NCBI GenBank assembly: GCA_041484665.1
Contig: JBGPIA010000012.1
Span: 1-64,000 of the forward strand
Direction of reading: 5' to 3'
Length of the DNA stretch: 64,000 nucleotides
Origin: Candidatus Krumholzibacteriia bacterium
GTDB lineage: Bacteria > Krumholzibacteriota > Krumholzibacteriia > JAJRXK01
Below are positions 27,955 to 37,300 of the stretch, one piece after another. Both the position numbers and the translations under genes were made by a program. Every line of letters starts with the position of its first letter. The stretch's first letter is position 1. The notes beneath the pieces are model-generated. The model searched no databases and had not been told where the DNA came from. It was given only the letters and a program-made list of their open reading frames with translations.

Positions 27955-30780
27955 CTAGAGTCCCGAATTCAAGCGGATGCCGATCTCGATGCGGCGCGCT
28001 GCGTAGAACCGCGTAGGGTCGCGCAGAGCCACCTGGTCGGTCACCGGGAACCGCGAGTAGTAGGGGCTGCCGGTGCTGGAAAACACGTCGCCCTTGAAAT
28101 AGCGCGCGTCGAGCACGTTGAACACGCGGCCAAAGGCGCTCAGGCTAAGCCCCTGCATCTTCACGCTGCGCTCGGCGCGCAGATCGATGACCAAGCCCAG
28201 CGGTTTGCGCCCCGAGTTGCTCTCCAGCCCGAATCCGAAGCCCGACGCGAGCACCGGCGTGTAGGGCTGGCCGCTGGATACCCGCAGCACCGTGCTGGCC
28301 GAGTACACATCGGGCTTCGAGAACGCCACCGTCATGTTGAACGTGTGCCGCTGATCCCAGCTGAAGGGGATCAGGCGCGGGCGGGGGTCCTCTCCAGCCG
28401 AGGCGCGCGTGGCGGTTTCGCGCGGGTCGCTGCTGTTCCCCTGGGCGTACTCCCAGGTGTAGTCGAGGGCGATGCTCGCGGGCCCGACAGCCCGGTGGTC
28501 GGCGGTCACCGTGAACCCGATGACGTTACCAAAATCGACGTTCGTCAGCCGCGCGTACTCGGCGCCCGTGTAGGTCGAGATGAACTCCGTGCCGAGCAGG
28601 TCGCGGATGTCCTTGTAGAATACTGTAAGGTCCACGCCGAACTGATCGGTGAGCGCGTGCTTGTAGCCGAGCTCGTACTGTACGGTCTGCTCGGGTCGCA
28701 CGTCGGGATTGCCCAGCACGCCGTACTTGTCGACGGCGTCGCCCGCCTGCAGGTTGACCAGCTTCCCATAGTTCGCATTGGAGAAGATGTCGCTGATCGA
28801 AGGGAACTGGTAGAAGTGCCCGTAGGCGAGGTGCACGGCGATGCGGTCCGTGATGGGGAAGGCCACGCCCAGCCGCGGGGCCAAGGAGGTCTTCACCGAG
28901 GTCCCTTTCGGCAGGGACTCGGGGACGCCCCGGAGCGCGTTGGCCGGGTTGGCCAGGTCGCTGGGCAGATTGGCCCGCGCGTCGAAGTACTCCATGCGCA
29001 GCCCGGCCCTCACCGTGAGGTCCTTGAACTCCATCTGGTCCTGGAAGTACAGGGCGGCGATTTCGGGCTGGTAGGTCTGCACGCCGGGAAAGTCCGGCGG
29101 GTCGTCGAAATGGCGCACCAGCGTCTGCCGCCCGGCGACGGTCGTGTAGACCAGGTACCCGGGCGTCCCGAAGCTCACCTTGGGTAGCTGCAGCTCTCCG
29201 CCGGCCTTGATCTGGTGCTCCTGCGTCAGCTGGCTGACGATCGAGCCGTTGAACAGGTAGGTCCTGGTCTGCTGCTCGAAACGGCCGAAGTCGACGCCCT
29301 GGATGAACGCTCCCACCGTGTAGTTGTCGTCCGCGATGGGCGGGCCGGCGGCGTCGTACGCCGCAGCTTTGACGTCCTTGTACGCCCAGTCGTGGTATCT
29401 CACGTAGTTCTGCCGCAGGCTGACGTTGTAGAACGTGGATTTGGAAAGCGTGTGCGTCCAGTCGAGCCCGTGCACGATCGAGAAGTTGTGCTGCTTGGTC
29501 ATGCCGTCCGGGTTGAAGCGGAAGGCCCAGTTGCCGCGCCGGCCGTCCACGTCGTCGACGATGGCCTGGTAGCTGATCTTGACGTTGGGCAGCGAGCTGT
29601 TCGTGACCTTCGCGACGCCGGACCATTCGCGCGAGTACCCCAGGGCCAGCAGCTTCCCGTCCCCGGTCGGATGGAATTCCTTCTGCTCGAAATTCGACGA
29701 GTCCGTCGGCACGAACACCCGCGTGGCCTGGACGTAGTCATCCAGGACGTAGCGGCGCGCGCTGAGCAGGTAGACGGTCTGGGAAGCAGGCAGTGGGCCG
29801 CTGATGTTCAGCTGGTAGTTCTGGATGTTCGTCGGCTGGAACTGGTCGGTGACGTGCCGGCCATCGCTGCCGGGAAAGACGTAGCCCCCGCCGAAGAGCT
29901 CGCCGCTGTACTGGAACTTCTCCGTGCCCTGCTTGAGCACGGCGTTTACCACGCCGCTCATGGCCTGGCCGTACTCCGCGTCGAAGGTGCCGCTGATGAC
30001 CTGCACCTCTTGCAGCAGCGACCGGTCCAGGCGCAGGCTCGATTTGTTGTCGTAGGCGTTGTTCACGCTGACACCGTCGACCTGGTACTGGACCTCCCCC
30101 TCACGCCCGCCGCGGAAGTGCCCTTCGACCACGCCCGCCTGCAGGTTGACCACGTCCTGCAGCTCCTGCACCGGCAACGCCTGGATGTCCGCGCTGCTCA
30201 GCGTGGTTTTCGAGCTGGTGAGGCTCACGTCCACCGGCGGTCGCTGCGCGGTGACGACGACCTCCTCGGTCTGGAGCGTCGCCTCCTCGAGCGTTGCATC
30301 GACCCGCGTGGTGTTGTCCGACGAGACCACCACGTTCTTGACCGTCAGCATCTTGAGCCCGAGCCGGCTGATGCTCACGTCGTAACTGCCGGGCGCGATG
30401 TTCAGCACGGTGAAGTTGCCCTGGGCGTCGGAGAACGCCCCCAGCTTCTGCCCGACGACGGCGATCGTCGCGTAGGCGATCGGCTTCTTCGTCTTGTCGA
30501 GCAGCTGGCCGGAGATCTTGCCGGTCGTGCCGGCCCGCAGCCCTGTCGGAGCGACGACCGCGAGCAGCGCCAGCGGCGCGACCAGCGCCAGGCTGGTCCA
30601 TCGACCGCACGCCCGCAGCGCGCTCATGGCGCTTGCCGCGCCCGCCGCGCCGGCTGCCAGCGCCAGTACCCGCCCGACCCTGCGACATTCCACGACCACG
30701 TGCCCTCCGTTCGCGCCGGACCCGATGGTCGCGGCGGGGCGCCGCGCCCGCGGATCCGCCCCGCGCGGCCATCGTCTCAC
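27955..30780 (-). CDS. TonB-dependent receptor (start uncertain; ATG 30627 also possible)
   Basis: GTTGKISG carboxypeptidase-regulatory-like domain, EEVVVTAQRP, plug HFRGGR..YQVDG..GTFDAEYG, LAPRLG, GNPDVRPEQTVQYELG. Confidence 0.93.
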   Translation of the reverse strand: MRRWPRGADPRARRPAATIGSGANGGHVVVECRRVGRVLALAAGAAGAASAMSALRACGRWTSLALVAPLALLAVVAPTGLRAGTTGKISGQLLDKTKKPIAYATIAVVGQKLGAFSDAQGNFTVLNIAPGSYDVSISRLGLKMLTVKNVVVSSDNTTRVDATLEEATLQTEEVVVTAQRPPVDVSLTSSKTTLSSADIQALPVQELQDVVNLQAGVVEGHFRGGREGEVQYQVDGVSVNNAYDNKSSLRLDRSLLQEVQVISGTFDAEYGQAMSGVVNAVLKQGTEKFQYSGELFGGGYVFPGSDGRHVTDQFQPTNIQNYQLNISGPLPASQTVYLLSARRYVLDDYVQATRVFVPTDSSNFEQKEFHPTGDGKLLALGYSREWSGVAKVTNSSLPNVKISYQAIVDDVDGRRGNWAFRFNPDGMTKQHNFSIVHGLDWTHTLSKSTFYNVSLRQNYVRYHDWAYKDVKAAAYDAAGPPIADDNYTVGAFIQGVDFGRFEQQTRTYLFNGSIVSQLTQEHQIKAGGELQLPKVSFGTPGYLVYTTVAGRQTLVRHFDDPPDFPGVQTYQPEIAALYFQDQMEFKDLTVRAGLRMEYFDARANLPSDLANPANALRGVPESLPKGTSVKTSLAPRLGVAFPITDRIAVHLAYGHFYQFPSISDIFSNANYGKLVNLQAGDAVDKYGVLGNPDVRPEQTVQYELGYKHALTDQFGVDLTVFYKDIRDLLGTEFISTYTGAEYARLTNVDFGNVIGFTVTADHRAVGPASIALDYTWEYAQGNSSDPRETATRASAGEDPRPRLIPFSWDQRHTFNMTVAFSKPDVYSASTVLRVSSGQPYTPVLASGFGFGLESNSGRKPLGLVIDLRAERSVKMQGLSLSAFGRVFNVLDARYFKGDVFSSTGSPYYSRFPVTDQVALRDPTRFYAARRIEIGIRLNSGL

Positions 30781-30816
30781 ACCAGCAGCCGGCCCTCGCT
30801 TCGCCGGCAGACGTTC

Positions 30817-32724
30817 CTACCGGACGACGACGGTCCGGCCCGACATGGTCGAGCGCAGGGCTCCCGTCACCGGATCCTGCAGCTGCAGGCGATACATGTA
30901 CACGCCGGCGGCTTTGTCGCCGCCGTCGAACAACGCTTCCCGCGAGCCCGGCGTTTGCACGCCGAGATCGCGCTGCTCCACCAGCCGGCCGCGCACGTCG
31001 TAGACCTGCAGCGTCACGCGGGTCTGGGCCGTCAGCGCGTAGCGGATAGTCGAAAGCGCGGAAGCCGGGTTGGGATAGTTGAAGAGGCGCGCCGAGCTCT
31101 CGGGCTGGGCGACCGGCGGATCGCCGACGGCGGTGACGAACGCGGGCGACAGGTACCCCCAGGCCGGGCAGCACGCGTCCTCGCGCTCCCGGAACCACCA
31201 GGTGCGCGTGCCGTAGCTGTCGCTGACCGGCAGGGGGTCGCTGAACGAGTCGCCGTCGAGCATGTCGATCCCGATGAACAGGCGGTGGTCCCCCAGGTCG
31301 GCTGGGTAGCCGAGGCGCGTCAGGTCGACCGCCAGCTCGGCGGTATACCCGGTGTCCACGTCGATGCCGAGCGTGTCCACCACCGTGCCAGCTTTCAGCG
31401 CGATGGCGACCTGCGCGCCACCCGCGTTCACCAGCGTGAACAGGAAGTCCCGTGGGATTGCCGTCCCGGCCGGGCCGACCTCGAACGACAGCGGCTCGCC
31501 CTTGAGGTTGTTATCCGCCCCGCGCAGCGCGTACTCGTTGATGCTGACGAGGAAGCCGTCCCAGCGGTCGAACGCTGACTGGTACTGCACGACTTTGTCG
31601 CGCACATCGAATCCGAGGTACAGGGTCGTATCCTTGTAGAACATCTTTACCGTGGCATCGCCCGGGTCGATCACCGCGGCCATCCCACCCAGCACAGGCG
31701 GCTGGTACTGGCCGGAGCGGTTGGGGCCCACCCCCGGATAGGTCCTGCGCAGCGCTTCGTCGTTGTAGCGGATGTCGAAGCCGGGCAGGGCCGCCCACAC
31801 GGACTCATTCAGCGTGCCATCAATGTTCGGCGTAGCGAACGTAGCGCCGTTGGCGATGTACACCTCGGGCGCTGTCTGCGGAACGGGTCCGGAGTGATCC
31901 GTCACGTCCGGGCGGGCGAACACGCGGACCTCGTCGTACCACATGGCGTTTCCCCACGGCGACTGGAACCACGCGCGGTTGGCGCTAAAGCCCGCGGGGG
32001 TGGTGGGCCAGAACCCGTCGCAGTCGTAGACGGAGCAGTTCCACTCGACGATGTCGCCCTGCAACTTCGTGACGTCATAGCCCATGGGGGTGAGGTTGAA
32101 CTTCATCTCGACGGTGTACCCCTGATCGGGAACAGCGTCGGAGTTCGAGATCCCCTGCACGACGGTGACGGCGTCCCAGGCGTCGATCTGCGCGGGCGTG
32201 CGCGGCGAGCCGATTGGCAGGGTGATCCAGGCCCCGCCTGCGAAGAGCGGCAGCTGGCCCACGGGCTGCGGGTCGGCGTGGAGGAGATTCCACCACGCGT
32301 AGAAGTATTCTATAGGCCCTTTGGGGAAGCCCGAGGCCAGGTGGTCCTTGATGGACATCAACAAGCCGTCGAAGCGGTTGAACTCCTGCGAGCCGCCGAC
32401 CGATGTGTCTTTCATACGCGCGCCGAGGTACATCTGGTTGCCGTAGACCAGCAGCTTCAGCGTCGCGTCGGTGGGATCGGGGACGGGGATAACTCCCCCT
32501 TCGTTCTTGAATCCGCTGCCTGGGATGCCCGAGTCCTGGGCCCATTGGACCCGCACGGACTCCGCGACCGCCCAGGCGGGCTCATTCAGCACGCCGTCGA
32601 GGGTGATGGGCGTCGAGGAGCGGCGCGCCCACATGACATCCAGTCGCGGTGGCTGCGCGAACGCCGGCAGCGCCGCGCAGAGGATCGCGATCACGAGCAG
32701 AACGATTGCCGGTGCCGTTCTCAT
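30817..32724 (-). CDS. Secreted protein with two CBM9/DOMON-like domains and a C-terminal FlgD/T9SS-like domain
   Basis: ITLDGVLNEPAW and PNIDGTLNESVW repeats with GYTVEM/GYTAEL; C-terminal NYPNP..AAGVYMYRL; AGGAGG RBS. Confidence 0.8.
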   Translation of the reverse strand: MRTAPAIVLLVIAILCAALPAFAQPPRLDVMWARRSSTPITLDGVLNEPAWAVAESVRVQWAQDSGIPGSGFKNEGGVIPVPDPTDATLKLLVYGNQMYLGARMKDTSVGGSQEFNRFDGLLMSIKDHLASGFPKGPIEYFYAWWNLLHADPQPVGQLPLFAGGAWITLPIGSPRTPAQIDAWDAVTVVQGISNSDAVPDQGYTVEMKFNLTPMGYDVTKLQGDIVEWNCSVYDCDGFWPTTPAGFSANRAWFQSPWGNAMWYDEVRVFARPDVTDHSGPVPQTAPEVYIANGATFATPNIDGTLNESVWAALPGFDIRYNDEALRRTYPGVGPNRSGQYQPPVLGGMAAVIDPGDATVKMFYKDTTLYLGFDVRDKVVQYQSAFDRWDGFLVSINEYALRGADNNLKGEPLSFEVGPAGTAIPRDFLFTLVNAGGAQVAIALKAGTVVDTLGIDVDTGYTAELAVDLTRLGYPADLGDHRLFIGIDMLDGDSFSDPLPVSDSYGTRTWWFREREDACCPAWGYLSPAFVTAVGDPPVAQPESSARLFNYPNPASALSTIRYALTAQTRVTLQVYDVRGRLVEQRDLGVQTPGSREALFDGGDKAAGVYMYRLQLQDPVTGALRSTMSGRTVVVR

Positions 32725-32778
32725 GGTTGGGGCCTCCTGATGGGTCTTCGTAAAACCGGGGTGTCGTCGTCGTTGGGA

Positions 32779-33831
32779 TTAGGTCGCTGCCGACGTCCGT
32801 CTGCGCTCCGACCGAGCGTCGGCAGCAGAGGGGTGCGTGGATCCGCACGAGCTCCGCACCACCAGGGTCGTGGGAAGCACCTCGTGATGGGACGCTTGCG
32901 GCTGCGGGGACGCCGCTGCGGCCGCCCACAGCCGAATGGCCCGTGCTCCGAGCTCGTACGCGTCCACGTGGACCGTGGTGAGCGGCGGGCTCAGGTATTG
33001 GGAGATCGCGATGTCGTCGAATCCGGTCACTGCCATGTCCTGCGGCACGCGCACCGAGGCGTCGCGCAGGGCGCTCAGCAGGCCGATGGCCATGTAGTCG
33101 TTGGCGGCAAACACCGCGCGCGGACGCGGTTCCATCGCGAGGATGGCGACGGCGGCCCGGTAACCCGATGCCTCGGAGAAATCGCCCTGGATCTCCTGAC
33201 CGGGGGCCGGCAGCAGCCCGGCCTCATGCAGCGCCTCGCGGTAACCGCGCAGGCGCTCCTCGGCGTCGGCGTTGCCCGCGGGGCCCTTGATCATTGCGAT
33301 CTCGCGGCGGCCGAGGCTCAGCAGGTGGGCGACCATCGCGTGTGCGCCCTCGAAATTCGCAATCGAGACCGCGCAGCACCCATCGGACCCCAAGCGAGGG
33401 TTGAGGAGCACGATGGGGAACCTCCGCGCGAGCTGTTGGATCGCGGCGGCAGACCCCTCGTCCGGCGCCATCACGATCAAGCCGTCGATGCGCCCGCGCA
33501 TCGAGCGCGCGGCCGCAGCCAGGGCGTCCGTGTCCGCGTGGGAGCTCGACACCAGGACCAGCAGGTGCTCGCGGCGCGCCCCGTGGTCGATGCCGCGGAT
33601 GACTTCCGAGAAGAACTCCCCGAACAGGTCGGGGAGCAGCAGGCCGATGGCGTGCGTGCGGGCAGTGATGAGACTGCGCGCTGCCAGATTGGGCCAGTAG
33701 TCCAGGCCACTCGCCACCGTGCGCACGCGCTGGACGGTCTCCTCACTCACCCGGGAGCTGTCGTTGAAGACGCGCGAAACGGTCGCGATCGACACACCCG
33801 CCGCTCGCGCTACGTCCCGGATGGTTGACAC
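32779..33831 (-). CDS. LacI-family transcriptional regulator
   Basis: TIRDVARAAGVSIATVSRVFN HTH; AVFAANDYMAIG; VTGFDDI; PPLTTV. Confidence 0.97.
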   Translation of the reverse strand: MSTIRDVARAAGVSIATVSRVFNDSSRVSEETVQRVRTVASGLDYWPNLAARSLITARTHAIGLLLPDLFGEFFSEVIRGIDHGARREHLLVLVSSSHADTDALAAAARSMRGRIDGLIVMAPDEGSAAAIQQLARRFPIVLLNPRLGSDGCCAVSIANFEGAHAMVAHLLSLGRREIAMIKGPAGNADAEERLRGYREALHEAGLLPAPGQEIQGDFSEASGYRAAVAILAMEPRPRAVFAANDYMAIGLLSALRDASVRVPQDMAVTGFDDIAISQYLSPPLTTVHVDAYELGARAIRLWAAAAASPQPQASHHEVLPTTLVVRSSCGSTHPSAADARSERRRTSAAT

Positions 33832-33920
33832 CGCCGTCTCCTGGGCGAAACCGAGGATTCACGGGAGGGCCGCGTCCGCGACGGCCACCGAGGCTCGCGG
33901 AGCGGGTTCTCGGTTCGGCG

Positions 33921-33934
33921 TGTAAACGGTTTCA
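33921..33934. promoter_or_regulatory. LacI-type operator
   Basis: TGTAAACGGTTTCA fits the TGWAANCGNTTWCA palindrome; it lies in the divergent lacI/GH94 intergenic region. Confidence 0.75.
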
Positions 33935-34159
33935 TAGATGCGTGTGCCGTGTCAAGCCCGCTGCTACATTGCGACCGGGCGGCGGCCGCCAGGCGACGGA
34001 AGGCGGCGGCCGCGACCAGGGACCGTACGGAGGATGATCTTGTAACATATTGTGTTAGAGATAGTTATGCTCTCCGACTGGGCCAGGGCAGCCTGCGAGC
34101 TCCCCCGCGCCCCGCAAGAGATCTTCCCCGCGGCGGAGCTTCAGGTCTAGAGTGCCCCC

Positions 34160-34205
34160 GCGGCGGGGCATCGCGGCGGGGCATCGCGGCGGGGCATCGC
34201 GGCGG
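34160..34205. repeat. 13-bp tandem repeat (GCGGCGGGGCATC)x3 plus a partial copy
   Basis: Read directly, upstream of the GH94 gene. Confidence 0.9.
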
Positions 34206-34355
34206 CGGCGCTGCGCCGGCGCCCTGGGTCGGCTCGGTGCGGCGCCCGCACGGCCCCGCGCGCGGCCGGAGGCGACGGCGGGGTGGCTCCTGGACTCCGG
34301 CGGGCGCCAACCGGCGGCCGGCTCGCGGGCGACCTCCCAGAACCGCGGCATCCCC

Positions 34356-37300
34356 ATGCACAGCGCACCCCAGTCCACGCCGCTGCACCCCCTGTTGGGC
34401 CCGGTGCCGTCCGCGCGCTTCCTGTCCAGCGAGAGCTACGCGGTGCTGATCACCGCCGCGGGCACGGGTGTCTCGGCCACGCCGACCCACGCGCTCACAC
34501 CCTGGCGCGCCGACCGGACCGAGGATCGTGATGGCCTCTTCGTCTATCTGCGCGATCTGGACAGCCGCGCCTTCTGGTCGGCCGGCTTGCGGCCCGTGCC
34601 TCGCCCGGACTGCGGTGCGAGCGCTCGCTGGCAGCCCGGGCGCTTCGTCCTGTCGCGGCTGGACGACGGGATCGAAGCCACGCTGGAGGTTTGCGTTGCG
34701 CCGGACGCCGCGGCGGAGATCCGGCGCCTCGTGCTCGTCAATCGCTCCGGCCGGCCACGGCGTATCGAGGTCACGACCTTCGCCGAGGTCGCGCTCGACG
34801 ACCCGGCGGCGCATGCCGCGCACCCGAGTTTCTCGAAGCTCTTCGTGCAGACCGAGCGCGTGGAGGCGCAGCAGGCCCTGCTGGCGACGCGCCGGCCGCG
34901 CTCGCCGAGCGAACGCCAGCCGTGGATGATCCACGCGCTGCTCGCGACGGGCGAGGGGCGAGCTGAAGCGCAGAGCGGGGGGCGAGGCGCCGCAGCGGAC
35001 GGACTCGCCGCGCGCGAGCAGGGGCACGAAACCGATCGCGGTCGCTTCCTGGGGCGTTGCGCGCCTGTGGATGCTCCCCGCGCGCTGACAACCGACCTCC
35101 CGCTGTCCGGCACGACCGGCAACGTGCTCGATCCGTGCGTGAGCCTGCGCCGCGTCCTGCGGCTGGAGCCCGGCGCCCGTGCGGAGCTGGCGTTCCTGCT
35201 CGGCGCCGCGCCCGACCGGTCGGCAGCGCTGGCCCTGGTCGAGCGCTTCGAGCACCGCGGCGCGATCGCGGCCGCGTTCGAGGGAGCGCAGGCCCGCGAG
35301 CGGGAGCTGTTGGGTCGCTTGGACGTCACGGAAGCGCAAGCCGAGTCGTTTCAGGAGCTTGCCGGAGCCATGCTCTACGGCCATCCGGGCCTGCGCGCCT
35401 CGCCGGCGGTGCTGGCGCGCGCCCGCGGCAGCACGGCCGATCTCGCGCGCTATGGCATCTCCCCGCGGCGCGCGCTGGCGGTGGTCCACGCCGAGCGGCC
35501 CGCCGGCGCGGCCCGCCTGCGCGAGCTGGTGAATGCCCATCGCTATTGGCAAGCGCACCGCCTCCCGATCGACCTGCTGGTGCTCTCCGATGGCGAGCCG
35601 CCGCGCATCTCCAGCGCCGCAGCGGATCAGGTCACGCCGCCGTTGGTCGTGCGCGCCGCCGATCTCCCGCCCGCGGATCTCGACCTGATCGATACCTTCG
35701 CGCGGCTCGTCGTCGCCGACACCGCATGGGACCTCGGGGCGTGCGATGCGCTGCCAGCGACGGCGGTGCCGCGGGCAGGGGGCGCCACTGCAGGGGCCGC
35801 CATCGCATCGCGCGCCACCGTGGGACCCGCCACTGCAAAGCCCGCCACCGCAGCGGCTGCGACAGCACCGCTGGAGGAGCTGCGCTTCGCCAACGGCCTC
35901 GGAGGCTTCACGGCCGGCGGCGAGGAGTACGTCATCCGCCTACGACGGGACGCGTCGGGGAGCTTCGCGTACCCGCCCCGGCCATGGACCAACGTCATCG
36001 CCAACGAGACGTTCGGGTTCATCGTGAGCGAGACGGGCGCCGGCACCACGTGGAGCCGCAACAGCCGCGAGCATCGCCTGACTCCCTGGTCGAACGATCC
36101 CCTGCTCGATCCGCACGGCGAGGCCTTCTACGTGCGCGACGAGGAGACCGGGGCGTTCTGGTCGCCCTTGCCCGGCCCCGCGCCCGCGGCAGGCGACTAC
36201 GAGATGCGCCATGGCCTCGGCGCGAGCTGCTGCCGCCACGAAAGCGCCGGGCTCGAGCAGGAGACGGTCCTCTTCGTGCTGCACGACGCCCCGGTGCGGG
36301 TCACGCGGCTGCGCTTGACCGATCGCAGCGGGCACGCGCGCCGGCTGTCGTTGTTCGCGTACTACCGGCTCGCGCTCGGCGGGCTGCCGCAGGAGAGCGG
36401 GCGCTTCGTCGTCACCGAGCTCGACCTGGCCTCGCAGGCGGTCCTGGCCCGCAATCGGCTGGCCGGAGAGTTCGCCGACGGGATCACCTTCGCCGCCGTC
36501 GTGGGGCCGGGCCCCGCGCAGCGAGCGGGCGGGCTGGAGGCGCCGGAGGGCGCCAGCGGTACGGCCCGGCTGCAGTCCGTCCACGCCAGCGGCGACCGTT
36601 ACGCGTTCCTGGGCGGGGGCGGAAGCCCGGCCGACCCCGCCGCGCTGCGCGCTGGCGCGACGCTCGACGGTCACGTGGGGGCCGGCCTGGATCCCTGCGT
36701 CGCACAGCAGGCCGTGCTCGAGCTGCCCGCCGGCGGCAGCGTGGAGGTCTGCTTCCTGCTAGGCGAGGCGCGCGAGCTCGACGAGGCGCGCGCGCTGATC
36801 GCGCGCCTGCGCGCCCCCGGGGCGGCGGCTGCGGCGCTGGAGGAGGCGCGAGCTTTCTGGCAACGCGGCGTCTCCGGCGTGCGCATCGAGACCCCCTCGC
36901 CTGCCCTCGACGTGATGGTCAACGGCTGGCTCCCGTACCAGGTGCTCAGCTGCCGCATCTGGGGACGCTCGGCGCTCTATCAATCCGGCGGAGCCTTTGG
37001 CTTCCGCGACCAGCTCCAGGACGCCGGCGCGCTGGTGTACCTGTGGCCGCAGCGCGTGCGCACGCAGCTGTTGCTGCACGCGGCGCACCAGTTCGCCGAA
37101 GGCGACGTCCTGCATTGGTGGCACCCGCCGGCTGGCCGCGGACTGCGCACCCGCTTCGCCGACGATCTGCTCTGGCTCCCCTCGTTGACCGCCTTCTACG
37201 TGCGCACGACCGGCGACTGGAGCGTGCTGGAAGAGCGCGTACGCTTTCTCGCCGCCAGGGCGCTGCGCGACGGCGAGGACGAGGCGTTCCTGCAGCCGGA

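Noticed and set aside
34160..34205. CRISPR array
   Set aside because: The units are 13 bp, head to tail, with no spacers; there are no cas genes or repeat-spacer arrays anywhere in the window.
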